The notes beneath the pieces were generated by a model. It searched no databases, was not told the DNA's origin, and saw only the letters and a program-made list of their open reading frames with translations. A program made the position numbers and the translations under genes. 64,000 nucleotides of DNA from Lingula anatina. Lineage: Eukaryota > Animalia > Brachiopoda. Location of the stretch: assembly GCA_051362555.1 (NCBI GenBank), contig CM120641.1:3720001-3784000 (forward strand), given 5' to 3'. This document shows positions 13,762-26,819 of the stretch, one piece after another. Each line of letters starts with the position of its first letter. Position 1 is the first letter of the stretch.

Positions 13762-14260
13762 CTTGTACGTTAGTCAGTAGGTTGTCTGTCCTGAGCTGAA
13801 GTTTCACTTCCGGTGCTATGACGTCATAATCACTAACAGATATTAGCTTTCTATTGGATAATCATTGAACATATAACCAATGCACGTCGGCCTTACAAAT
13901 GAAGTAGGGTAGAAAAATAAAGTGGGAACTTGGAACAGAGTTTTTCGTGGAATACTGGGGGCTCTTCTGTGAAGGCTGTATTATTTAAGTACAAAGCACA
14001 TAAATATATTTCAGTACAAATTATTTCTTCTTGTTCGGTTGTTTTTATTTATTTTTAAAATTTACTTAAATGTGAAAAGTAATAGATGAACTGCAGAACA
14101 AGAATGAAATGAAATGTGGAAACCGTACAAGTTTTAGTCATGTGACTAGTCACGAGGACTGTAAACAATCGTGCTTGACGTTCTAGACATAAGTAATTAT
14201 AAAGACACGAATATGCCTCATACAGTCATTTCAGAGGATTGACACTACATATCAGTAAGT
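13762..14260. promoter_or_regulatory. Bidirectional promoter region OGDH / SLC15A4-like, including probable non-coding first exons
   Basis: Minus-strand donor AAG|gtgaat at 13762/13761 (OGDH UTR exon). ETS site CACTTCCGGT 13805-13814, CRE palindrome TATGACGTCATA 13817-13828, CCAAT boxes at 13853 and 13877, GTCATGTGAC 14137-14146, and a plus-strand donor TCA|gtaagt at 14254. CpG is locally enriched. Confidence 0.7.
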
Positions 14261-14599
14261 CAGTTAATTTGTTTATAGGCTTTTTAATGCGTGAGTGTCG
14301 CCGTTAATTTGGGAGAATGGAAAACAAAGTTTGTTTACATTCGGTTTCTGGGTCTACTCGGAGCTGTCGGTCGCTTTGATAAATACCAGTAAAACGCCAA
14401 TGGTCCACTACTGCCTGTGTCATGTATGCAGGGTCACTAAATATCATTTATCAACAAGGAGCATTTTCAAATATGCAAATCTTGGTGCGTATTTTCCATA
14501 GTGGTTTTTTTTCTGATTAAAAGTAAATCTACATAAAAGATGACTGGGCAATTAAAAAAAAAATTTATTTAAACTAAATGAAGCATAGTTTGACACTGC

Positions 14600-14783
14600 C
14601 TGTAACCGGATTTAGATTCGATTTCTGGTCTCCTCCTGAAATTAAAATTTTGACAAGCTGAATCATATGGCACCGTTTGCCCTCTGAAATACCAAAAATA
14701 CCACGCTAAGTCAGGTGGGGTGGGGTGGAGGATCGGCTTCGTATCTGCAGACCCCCCTTCAAATAATCCTGGGTCCGCCCCTG
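14600..14783. mobile_element. Degenerate hAT-like MITE family D (inverted copy of 26298-26553)
   Basis: Ends in CTTCAAATAATCCTGGGTCCGCCCCTG, close to the reverse complement of CAGGGGCGGATCCAGGATTATTTGAAG at 26298. Shares internal AGCTGAATCATA. Confidence 0.7.
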
Positions 14784-15144
14784 CATGCTACAGGCTTTCA
14801 TAGATTAGATGTTCTTGCAATGCCTAAGTTAATACTAAAGCATTTTAAAGAAGTGCATCTAATGAAGATGAGAAAGATTTCTGGTCATAAAAATATAAGG
14901 TAAAATATAGGTTTTACCATTTATGTAGAAGGCTATTAAAAACAGTGCTGTGGTTATAATCAAGTGTAAAAGATAATTGCTAGCAATTCAAGCATTTATT
15001 TCAGGGGAGATTAATAATTGGCCGTCTGCACATTGGTATAGAAAACAGAAAATTTCTTGAGAAGGTTACTATTTACTGTACTTAAAAAAATCTGTTTATT
15101 ACTTTTTTTGTTTCTTTAAAGCATTTTTTGTAACTTAATTATCA

Positions 15145-15469
15145 CAGACATGCTGAAACTGTCAGTCCAATCGGTCAGTTTATCTGGACCTGTAAAAAAT
15201 TGGACTTTTAAGAGATGCAATTTTGAATTTACAGTCATCATCTGACATACTTCACTAATAAAATTATATAATACCCAAAGTGTTTTTTCCCTTCCATTTC
15301 GAGCCTATCACATTCACAATCAAAGTAAGCTACTGTAATAATACTGGTTGTATCTGTCTCATATGAATAGGGTGATTTTTGGTTGGCCAAAAATCCATTC
15401 GGTCAGGCAAATTTTTCATTATTGCCGGTCCAAAGTTCCGACCATTCTGAATAGTTTTCATCATGTCTG
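15145..15469. mobile_element. Non-autonomous hAT-like MITE family A, copy 2 (6-bp TSD)
   Basis: CAGACATGCTGAAA...TTTCATCATGTCTG flanked by TTATCA on both sides. Reverse-complement homologue of 4659-5021. Confidence 0.88.
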
Positions 15470-15973
15470 TTATCATTTGAAAGAAAAAAGTGAATAAAGG
15501 TCAGTGACAGATGACTTATCGACATGTTTAAACTGAAATAGTAATACTGTTAAAGCATGCTTCTTCATATTAATCAGTCAGAAAAATCTTATCAAATATC
15601 TGATAAGATGAGTGAAAAAATACAAAGTACGAAGACCTAGAGTCAATAGTGATTAGAGATACCGGTATAATGCTGTGTAAAATTATTTTTGAACAGTATA
15701 ATCCTAATCTCTCTTCAATATTATTACTAAGCGTGGCTTGACTTTTGGACTCTCAAAACCATTAACCAGACTAGATAAAACTTTGCTAGTTAGTGGGTTG
15801 ATTTGCATGACTTACAGGAATTTTGTTTTTTAGTTGGAGACCATGTACAAGGTACAGAAACTTCAAACAAGAAACTGCTCTGTCAAACATTGATTAAGAA
15901 AGCTTCCTGATCCAGGACTGATCGAGGCAAGGCTTCAGAGACAGTTGGCCAGTTGGCCCAGTCATCAAACAAT

Positions 15974-18900
15974 ATGTCCAGCTCAAACCTTACTGACCAC
16001 CCAGGGGAAACAACTCCCCTTACTGGGAGTAATGCAGCCAGCAGCGGCAGCAGTTATAAAGTTCATGTCAAACCCGAGTCCAGTCGTCGCCTGGTGACAG
16101 TTTGTATTCTGATGACAGAACTGTGTGAGAGGCTGACTTACTATAGCATCAATGCTAACTTGTTGATATTTCTGAAGAATCAGCTGAAGTATGATAATGT
16201 TACGGCAACAGTCATCACTTACTTGTTTACAGGTGAGAACAAAGGTATTTGTGACATACTGTACATACAATATATATAAATACTGACTTGAATATTTTCA
16301 TATATCTGACATGTATATGGTTGGGATACAGGTAAGAATCAATATATTGATTGCATATAGCATATTGGATTACTGATTATACATGTAAATATGCATAAAA
16401 TTAAAAAAAGATTTACTACTTACTAGTATCATTATTTTTGAAGATTTGTAACAAAAATTTGATTGCCCTGGGCCTATATATTTTTACCTAATTCTGGGGT
16501 AGCGCTAGCAATTTTTTTGCGCTTAGCCAAATCACCACTTTTTTTGTCAATTTGTTATCAAAATTATTATAATTCTAAAGCAAGTCAAATCAAGCCCTTT
16601 TTCTTTAGCCAGTTTAAGTTAATTTTAGCATTTGGCTAAATTGGCAAGTGTTAGCGCTACCCCAGTAATTGGCTAAGACAAAATCTTTACTTAGATTACC
16701 CTTATGCCCAGTAAAGTGGGCCTAGTTTACAGTGGCCTTTTTATTTCAGGCACATGTTACCTTGTTCCGGTAATAGGAGGATGGGTGGCCGACTCTTTAT
16801 CTGGACGCTTCAATGCAATATTTGGTAGTGGGCTCATTTATACAGTAGGTGAGGATGTCATGTCTTTATTTACTTACTTCAACTGTTTTTTTAAATATTT
16901 TTAATTAAAAAAATTTTTTCAAGGCCCTGAGCGCTCATGGCTACAATCGGGTCATCTCCTAAAGTTATACCCATTTTTACTGATCTTCTATCTTGCAGTA
17001 AACATGTTATCATTGTAGCCTTGTTAAACCTGTGACATTATCAGTTGAAGATTTATTCAGTTAATAAATATGCCAGGATAGGTTATGTATTTATCTCAAG
17101 TGACCTTAGGTGGCAGATTCTGTAAGAATTAGCTGAATATTTCAAAAATATGACAGAAATTGCATCCTTTGCTTACACTAAAATATGCACCAAGCCCATG
17201 GTATATTTTTGAAAAAAGCACCATTGAATAGAGAAAATAGTATTTTTTATCTTAGATCCACAATGATAGACTGTATAATTTGTTTTGCATTAGAATGCGT
17301 TCATTCTCATGCCTTATGTCACATAACTATAGTGAATTTATTAACATTGTTGTAAAGTTCTGTGTGAAGTACATGTAAGTTTTATGATTTACTTATAGGC
17401 TCAATCATTCTACCAGCTGTGGCCTTTGATTACCAAGGAGCTAGTTCTAACAGTCAATTAGGGCTCTCATTGGTAAGACAATTATCTTAACAATGCCCTG
17501 TATTGGCTGTCATGATCACCAAGAGATAGTATAGATTGTAAGTGGTGGGGCTTGTGTGTTTATTGTAAAAGGGGGGGGGGGGCATATGGCATTTGGTATA
17601 TAAACAGTTGAACACACTGAAGGTATATAAAGGCAACATATATGATTATTTGAATTATTTTACTTTCGATTCCTCATTTGATCTGAATAATAATATTAGA
17701 AAATGTAAGTGTCTAACTTCATTGTTGTCTTTTTTTTATTTTATTGCTAAAGTAATATTTTTTTCAAAAATAATTACCAGTGATTTTAAGTGGGATGAAT
17801 CTAATTCTTTATATGTTTTGATGTATTTTAGAATTTTCTTACAGGGAGAGATGCAGGGTTTTTTCCTCACTGGTCTATTTCTGGTTGCCATAGGAACTGG
17901 TGGTATAAAGGCAAATGTAGGTCCATTTGGTGCTCAGCAGTTAGAAGACCTGGGATCTGATGCAGTGCAATCATTCTTCAATTGGTATGTTTGAAAAGAT
18001 ACATTGTTATTGACAGTTGCTCTTACAACTTGATAATGAAAGTAGTCTTCAATTAACATCACTCTAACGTTTTTTTAGTTATTTAATCTTTTTTTCTATA
18101 TTTCATTTAGGTACACCATGGATGTTTTACAATAGTGTGGGTAGAAGAGTAGAAAAAATAATATTTTGGGATGTAAATGAGATAACGAATTGAAACGGAG
18201 TTCAATCAGTCAGGGTAAAAGCGGGTTTTTGAATGTGATTTTCCTAATTTATCATCATCTGTTTTCAATCCATATTACTGTAGATATCTGTTTTTTCTAT
18301 CATTTCTGTCTTTTTTCTTTCTCCTTTCTTTCATTTGATTGTTATACAGAATAGGTCATCTCACGTGAGTATATTTTGATCAGTGGCATGTGGTTATCTT
18401 CTTGCCAGGTGTATTATATAATAATTGTGACCCTGTGTATATAGCTTGTATATTCACATCAGTCCGAGAGGGGGTACTACTGCAAGCCATGTATGAATGT
18501 CAGCTGTTTATTTGTCCTCGTTTTTCTGGTTTTAACATTTGAAGCATGCTTGAAATGTGTTAGTAACACTTTTGCCCAAAAAAGTTTTTTTTTTCTTGTG
18601 CCAATTTCGTGTGCCAATGAGGGGTAAATCTGTTGTGGTGTCAGGTAAATAAAGATTCATACAGTGCTAACAATAACAGCCAGTCTTGCTCAGCATGTAT
18701 ATTTAACATAATGAACAGTTTCCCAGTCAATTATATTTTATGGCAAAGGAAGCTGCCCCAGTATGTAAGCTGTGTTGTAAGATGCACAACATATCTTAGA
18801 CAAATAACGGCATGTTACCAATATTATGTTTATGGTTTAAAGAATGAACAATTATTTCCTACCCTTAATTTTTTAAATTTCAATATAAAATGTGGCCTCT

Positions 18901-21900
18901 TAGAATAATAGTATAACCGTAGTTTTAGTACCCCAACGTACCATTCTCCAACATCTTCACATTTTCTTTTATTGTTCTGTTGATTTGAAATGATTATTGA
19001 TTCAAAGAATTTATGGAAAATGTATGTTAAAAATATTCACATTATGTAGGATGTGCATGCCCTCAGGTTGCTCTCTGTATTTACATGACTATTATAAGGA
19101 TTACATATTTTCAAGCCATTTTTAATCAAATTGTTTTGGTATATCATCAGGATGCAGACATTTAACTGCAGTCTCTCCTCTTTGCTTTGTAAATCTTGGA
19201 TTTAGCTGGACCCTGCAAGGACCCATAGGTGGTCTGATAAAAAGGAGGGGGGGGGGGGGGGTATTGTTCCAATCAAGTTTCTAAAACCTGAAAGCAGGCT
19301 ATAAGACTGTGTTAAAGTTAAAGTTGAAGAAAGAACAGGAGTTTTGTAGTCATTGATGAGTTTTGTTATTTTCCAGGTTTTATTGGTTCATTAACCTGGG
19401 CTCAGCAGTATCCTTCTCTATAGTGGCCTACATACAACAGGAGATCAGTTTCTTCTGGGGCTATCTGATCCCAGCAGTATCCTTGATCCTGGCCAATGTC
19501 ATTTTCTTTGTGGCCAAGAACAAGTATAAAGCTCATGACCCTGGTGGTGAGTGCTTTAATAATAATTCATAGATTGGCAAAATTCATAATTGAGAGTCTT
19601 TTGTAGTTTTTTAAATGGGGTTTGTTTTGTTTTGTTTGATTTGGTTGTTTCATTGTCTGCTCAGACAAAAAATACCTTTGACATAAAATTGGACTGACTC
19701 ATATCATCACATTCGTTTTATAGAGAGTGTTCTAGCCACCACAGTTTCGATCATAAAGGAAGGTGTTCAGAAAAAACGCCACAGTCCTGAAGTTTTAGAC
19801 TCGTACCTGGATTATGCCAAGTATTCCAATGGTGGGTCCTATACAACAGAGGCTGTGGAGGGAGTGAAGATGCTGGGGAGAGTAATCCCAATCTTCATTG
19901 CTATGATTATGTACTGGACTATCTATTCCCAGGTATGGTATTGTGCAAACTATCTCAGCTAAGATGAAAACAGAATACATATTATCTGAGTGTATTCAAG
20001 ATAAAAAGCCAAAAGTATTCGAGAAAAGAGAAAGGATTCATATACCTCCCAAGAAAGAAACTGGATTGAGAATATAGGAATTAAGAACTTTTTTTACAAT
20101 ATAAATTTACTGTAATTAGAACTGGACTGGCTTTGAATGTATTTCATTTCATTTCCCTTTACAGATGCAAAGTACATACTTACTGCAAGGGACCCATATG
20201 AAATTAGGCTTCAGCGATGACGATTTTAAGATCCCTGCTGCATCTCTTAATCTGTTCAATGTCGCCATCATCCTCATTCTTGTTCCTATAATGGACCGTA
20301 TTGTCTATCCTCTGCTGGCCCGTGTGAAGATTTACCCATCACAGTTGGTTAGAATAGGTACTTAATTAAGAGTGTGCGTGTGTGTGTGTGTGTTGTTAAT
20401 TGGATGGCAGGTTGGGGTATTGCACTGGAGTCTCCTCTTTATTACGTGTATTACATACATTTCCTAAACTGGTGTTGTCAAAGTAATACACTATTAGTAT
20501 CGTGATTATTACTCAGGCCCGTAGCCAGGGGGGGTTCGGGGGGTTCGAAAGAACCGCCCTCTTTGCTGGGAAAAGGTCCACTTTGGATAAAATTTGATCT
20601 AGGTACATGATGGTTTTATGGTAAAAGGTCCACTTTTTCAAAAAACGAACCCCCCATTTGAAATTGCTGGCTACGGGCCTGTTACTAATATTACTAAATT
20701 GTATAATTATTACCAAAAATGATAATTTGAGAGGTGGAAAAGCAATGTGAGGAGATAAATATAACAAAATTTAAATGAAATATTAGAAAAATGAATATCT
20801 TAATAATAAAGTTCATATTGCTATACAGGTATAGGCATGGTGCTAGCCACCCTGTCAGTGGTAGTGGCTGGTTTTGTAGAGGTGGCTAGGAGAGATGAAT
20901 TACAGGTATATGGGGGAATAGTACAGACCATATCAAATGTACAGTACAATGCTTCCAGTATCAGTATCTTCTGGCAAGTTCCACAGTTCACCCTAATTGG
21001 TGCTAGTGAGGTGTTTGCTAGTATATCAGGTAAGAATGAGAGAAGTGAAGTTTTTCTTTTAAGTTGAAAGAATGCTAGCATTTTCACATATTTTTCAATT
21101 TTATAATTGTTTTTACTTAAAAAGTTAAAAAAAATGGTTTCAGTTTGAGAGAATTAATATTAATATTGATTATTTTTATTATTAATATAACATTAATTTT
21201 ATTTTCAATTTAAGATGTATCTCTTGTTTATTGCTACTATATTTAAGTTGAAGCTTCTGTAAAATATCAACCTCTCACTTCATTGCATTAGTTGAGCTGT
21301 GCAATGTTGGTTGTTATTGTTTTTTTAACATCATTGTGTTTTTCTTTAAAAATAAAAATAACCTGTGAGCTACAACAACACATTAAATGTTGTTTTGTTT
21401 CAAAGCTTATAAATTCAGTAAATGGTTTGTACATGAAGCATCATTCTTCCTCTTCTGACTGAATGTTTTAGAATTGTTTGGTCATAAGTCCAAATAACTT
21501 CAGCGGACCTCATTTAATTACCAGCAAGTACCAAAAGAAAGTTTATACTTAAAGATCTGTTCTGTGCTTCTCTACTGATTTAATAACATCTGTGATGTGG
21601 GTGAAAGTGATGGTCATCACTCTAAGGGGCCATTCAGAATGAGAAGATATGAGTGCTAACTGGTCCACGGCCTAAATATGGCGGACCTACATGAAAGGAA
21701 AACCACTTTAAAATCCTGTTATGGTCTCTCTGCTGCTCACACACCTCCCCACGCGTTGTCGCTCAGCCGGTCAAATTGAGCCAAGATTTAATTACTGTGC
21801 CCCTGCAGGCACGACGGATGAGGAGGCGCGAAAGAGGCGGAGAGACGATTACAGGATTAAGCTGTCTTCCTTTCATGTAGGTCCGCCATATTTAGGCCGT

Positions 21901-22128
21901 GGACCAGTTAGCACTCGGATCTTCTGAATATTTTTGATCTTTCTTTAAGTTTTGTTTGCTCATGCTGCTGGTCAATTTTGTTCTTCAGGGCTGGAGTTTG
22001 CCTACTCCCAGGCACCTGCTGTCCTGCAAGGTCTTATTATGGGGATGTTCCTACTGACCAATGGTCTGGGGAACTATTTGGGGTCAGCACTGATTGCCAT
22101 TGTCAATGCAGCTACTGTGGATGGTCAG

Positions 22129-22165
<37 letters not shown>

Positions 22166-22542
22166 CCACAAATATAAACACATACAGCATTGTGTTTTTG
22201 TAGGTATCACCATAACTTACAAAATACCACAGTGAACAAGTACATGCAATGTTTCTTAAAAATTATCTCATTTCAGATCCCTGGTACCCAAATGACATCA
22301 ACCAAGGACATCTTGAATATTTTTTCTGGTTGTTGGCCGGCTTGATGGTATTAAATACATTAGTGTTTGTTGTGCTGGCCTGGAGATATAAGCCTGCCGA
22401 CACAGAGATGCCTACTTTTGGAGATTATCAGAAAAAGTATGACTTGTTACCTGGCGATGATTATGAGCCAGTAAAACACAACTTTCAGGAAGAAGCAGAT
22501 TTACACCATTCCAAACATGCTACTCATTCCACAGATGTATAG
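15974..22542 (+). CDS. SLC15A4: SLC15A4/PHT1-like proton-coupled peptide/histidine transporter (POT/PTR2 family), about 581 aa
   Basis: Exons 15974-16232, 16750-16848, 17399-17472, 17845-17984, 19377-19546, 19724-19932, 20165-20357, 20829-21029, 21989-22123, 22277-22542 sum to 1746 nt in frame. Motifs ELCERLTYY (ExxER), GGWVADSLSGRF, GTGGIKAN, FFNWFYWFINLGS, WQVPQF..IGASEVFASISGLEFAYSQAP, GHLEYFFWLLA. Exact orthology within the SLC15A3/A4/A5 group is uncertain. Confidence 0.9.
16494..16665. mobile_element. hAT-like MITE with 5-bp TSD
   Basis: Perfect 14-bp TIR CTGGGGTAGCGCTA / TAGCGCTACCCCAG, flanked by TAATT on both sides. Internal TTAGCCA repeats. Confidence 0.85.
20514..20681. mobile_element. 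hAT-like MITE family B, copy 1 (5-bp TSD)
   Basis: Perfect 15-bp TIR CAGGCCCGTAGCCAG / CTGGCTACGGGCCTG, TSD TTACT. Inverted copy at 54602-54774. Confidence 0.9.
21641..21925. mobile_element. Non-autonomous DNA transposon with long TIRs and probable 4-bp TSD
   Basis: 50-bp perfect inverted repeat GAGTGCTAACTGGTCCACGGCCTAAATATGGCGGACCTACATGAAAGGAA (21651-21700 and 21867-21916), extending to AGAAGAT/ATCTTCT. GAAT on both flanks. CpG retained. Confidence 0.85.
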
Positions 22543-25051
22543 ACTCTTCTTAATGATATTGATGCCTTTTTCAATGTTGTCAACTGTCCACAATGTTGTC
22601 AACTGTTGTTTATTGCAGCAACTTGCTTAGGGATCCTCCCTTTATTCAGAGGACCCATTAGACTGAGGGTCCTATGTTCTGAAGACACAGCAAAAAGATT
22701 CTTGCAGTGTACACCAGCATTATGGAGCAAAATATACATGGAGCACAACAAATGCAATTTGCAACACTCGCATCAAATGCATTTGTAATGCTGTGTCTGT
22801 CTGTCCCTTTCTATGTTGTATTATTTTAGGGTCTTACATGAAGAACCATTGAGAATAAAATGAACTGCTCCAAAATATTATAAGCACGCATTGCTTCTGT
22901 TGAATACAGCAGCAATTACTTATTAATGTAACCAACTGCATTTGTTGTGCTCTTTATCTGCTCTTTATTTATCCTGTGCCATTTTTCTATCTGTACGCAT
23001 TCTATCTGTGTCTTTGGAATATTAGCACATCTGAATAATGGGTATTCGGTATAAATTTGGAACAGCAGACATTCAGTATAGCGGTCGATATTTTATGAGG
23101 GATTCTTTAATTTTTGGAGTAATGGATCCTCGGAATATAGATACGGCCCTCTCGCTCAGGAGGGTTAATTGAAAACAAGAAAATCCAAATAAACTTGTTG
23201 CAAGAAAATACTCACCATAAAAATTGACCAGTGGGTAATGCACTTTTTTGTTTTTCCACTTATAATAATAACTTAAATTAGTTAATTGAAGGGTTTGCGT
23301 ACCAGCACAATTAATGTCAGAGTTACAAAACTTAAATAATGAGATTGTGCTATGGACTATTCAAACTTTAATGAGTATTAGTCAAAACCATTACTTTTTC
23401 CTTTTTGTGATTTAATTTATTTAAAAAGCAAAGGTACCAAGTAGAAGTTACTTTTTATCCTTATTTTAATCAAATGTTTTTAGATTTCCTAATTCTAAAC
23501 TCATATTTCAACTGCTGATCAGCACATTCCATTCAAATGATATTTTAATGTCTGTGATACCAAAAGTACAGGTATTATGTAATATGTGTTAAATGTTTTG
23601 TTGAATGTCAAAAAGAATTTTAACTTAATGTGTTGCGCCATATTATTTTCTTATTTTGTTGTGTACTTAATTCTCTAAAGGACATCAATATTCTCTGAAG
23701 CCTTCAAACTGGCTTTATTTCAATCTAGTAAAAATGGAATTCTTACATATTCTACAGTGTATTTATACTTTTATTCTAATTTAAGAAACATTTATATTTT
23801 GAGGATTGAATGTTTTTATGGTGTCTTTTTATATAGATTACAGAATGCTCTTTAATGCTCTTTAACTTGTTATCAATCCATTGTTACCAATCCCTTGTTA
23901 ATGTGTTTGTGTCTACATGATTAACATACATCAATTTTTTTACAATGATTTTAAAATTTCTTCGAAAAATTATTTTTAAATATCAGTTTATTTTAACAGT
24001 TCCTTTCTAATTTAATTTTAATGAAATACCTCTTCCACAACATAATGCTTTATTTAATATAAATTTAAAGAGGAATGCAATTATTATACTGTGTACATCA
24101 GTGTATCTGTGTTATGATATATGTTATGTTATGCCTTTTTTATTTATTTATTTATATATTTATTTATTTTATTAATTATTTTTTTGCTCGCTCTGAATTT
24201 TAGGGCTTATATTTTAGTGCAATGCTTCATAGCTACACCTGCTGTTGTAGGGGTTCAGGGATTGCTAAAATGATCATACACTAGGATCCAAGATCTAATC
24301 TTGGACCCTAATCATATAGTATCCACATCCTATCAAAACTGTAGACACATATAAGATGTATAATTTTTGGAATTTGGTTTTTATTAATTGATCAGGTGTA
24401 ATTAACGTTCTGATATAACAGAGAGACTGGTGCGTGACAATGACTCTGCTTGATCATTTCCATGGGCGCTAACATCCTGAAAACCATATGTATATGTACC
24501 TGGTGCATTTAAATAGACAGGCTTTGAGCTTTAATCAAACTCAGTTACACAAGCATAAGGACACTGATATATACATGTAATTCGATGTAATGCTAATTTT
24601 GATTAAAGATTCATATATTTCTTTACTGCAGTACTGTTTTTAATCGAAGACTCCTCTCAAAACAAATGTCAGTCATTGTGCTTTCCTGTTATGATCGCCC
24701 AACAGGTTTTATGTCAGTAGTAACAAACCAAGACAAAAAGGTTGATTTTGTGTATCAATCTGCAGTTACTTTAACTCGTCCTTAGCACAGTACTTGTCTT
24801 TCAACACAGCTGAATCAGATTCTTTTAGCGTTCCATCTGACAGAGAAGTCCTGGACAAACATCCATGTAAAGCAACCGTGACAAGTTCAAAGAAGTCAAG
24901 GAGCCCGAGCGTCTGGAACCTGTCACGGGATTTGATACAAATAACACCAGCGTATCTAGATGTACGGCTGTTAATTAATAGCGAGGTTAATTTCGAATTT
25001 ACCTCCAGAGTCGCAGATTGGGTTTGGGGAATATTTATGGGGCATTGTATA

Positions 25052-25192
25052 CCCTCTACCAGGGCAGCAGATTAATTATGTGCAGTTTTCTCCAACGCGA
25101 CAGTGGAGAAATGTACCATGAATTAGCCAGAGACATACATAGTGTTTCTCTGAATGTCTAGTGTAAAATCAATCTGTGGCCCTGGTAGAGGG
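25052..25192. mobile_element. MITE with TA TSD
   Basis: TA|CCCTCTACCAGGGC..CAGATT ... AATCTG..GCCCTGGTAGAGGG|TA. Confidence 0.8.
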
Positions 25193-26297
25193 TAAGCACT
25201 ATACGTAACCGCTGCCACTGGTAATATTGGTAAAATGAGTGAGGGCATGCTCTGCAAAATGATGGAAATTTATATTTAACGACACTTCGAGTACGGGGAG
25301 AAAGATTGAAATGATGGGAGAGTAAAGAAAGGACAAAAAAGTTCTTATGATAGCATTATATGAAATCGCGGGTTGAGTCATTTATTCGGTGATCGCAATC
25401 ACAAATGTACGGCTAGAAATCACAAATAATTACCGACCTGATATATTATGTGTAGCCGACTTTTTTGTCACAATTTCGCCGCAGAAGCCGTAGCACGTCT
25501 CTACCTGTGTTTATAGCATTAATCATCTCTCTTGCAAAAACATTTATCTTGTTATTTAAAAATAACAAAGAACACTTAGCATCCTTTACAAGTGTCAAAC
25601 ACTGAGAAAATGTTTATACAAACAACGGAGATCTACTGTGAATCTAGTGTGTTTGTCATTTGGGGTTATCACCGGTTGTCTGATGAATGGTGTCAAAAGT
25701 CACACATTTTTCCAAAATCTCAAATGAATCATTCAAGCAACAATTACAACAACTCTGTGTCAAAAACATGCATAAAGCGTACCAGTTTCAATTGTCACTG
25801 ATTAATGAGAAAAGTCCGCCATTTAGATGTTTAAAACATGTGCGTTGTTTTACACTAATGATACAGAGGATGAAAATGTTGCCCGAAAAGCAATATTTCA
25901 TCCTTTCGATTACGTTTACACAGGAGAAGAAACAGAAAAAAAGAAAGAAAAGTAAAGAAAAGAAAAAAGAAAGAAAGAAAATGAAGCTGGAAGGAAAGAG
26001 AGTAAATTGAAAGTTGTTATCGATTAATATGCTTTTAAGAAATTGTAACTATCATAACGAGTAAAATTATGTCTTATATGTCTGTTGATAAATTCTTGAC
26101 ATTTCTATTTATTCAGACAAAGCACACTGATATGCTTTTTTTTATTTTGGAGAAAGGAGAGGAGCACAAAAGGAATATGGTGACCCCATATCATACGATT
26201 CAGATTCAGATTCTTTATTGATAAACACCTTCACATTCGGGTAGAATGAATGACAGCACAACTTACCATAACAGAGCAAAAATAGATAGATAAATAT

Positions 26298-26553
26298 CAG
26301 GGGCGGATCCAGGATTATTTGAAGAGGGGAGGGGGGGGGGGGGTCAGCGGATGCAAAGCCGACCCTCTTCCCTCCCCCTTGGCGTGGGGTTCGGGGCTGG
26401 TATTTTATTTTTAGAAGGCGAACGGTGCCATTGGGACGGTTTAGAACTATGATTCAGCTAGTGAATATGTCAAAAAGATAGTATTAGTGTAATTTTTTCA
26501 GAAATTGAAGGGAGTCAGGACCCCCTTGCCCCCCCCCCCCAAATCCGCTACTG
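26298..26553. mobile_element. hAT-like MITE family D
   Basis: CAGGGGCGGATCC...AAATCCGCTACTG termini, flanks AATAT/AATAA, internal G and C tracts. Related copy at 14600-14783. Confidence 0.75.
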
Positions 26554-26819
26554 AATAAATAAATGATTACAGTGATTATATGAAATTTATAAATGGATAC
26601 GAAGGATCAATCAAATGGTGAATGTATCTTGATTTGTAAAAATGTGCTGGACAAAGTTGAAAAACATGGATAAGACCCCGACACACATTTTACTAGTCTT
26701 GACTGCACTTTTATCATTGCAAGAGTCGTTATAACCAAGGCAGTTTGCGAATCAAACATGCGATGTCTTTTCGCGAACTTTCACGCTTTGGTTGTTACTA
26801 GAAACACACAACGTGTTGA

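Noticed and set aside
25687-26010. 107-aa ORF with Lys/Glu-rich tail
   Set aside because: Produced by an A/G-rich low-complexity tract. No recognisable domain or splice context.
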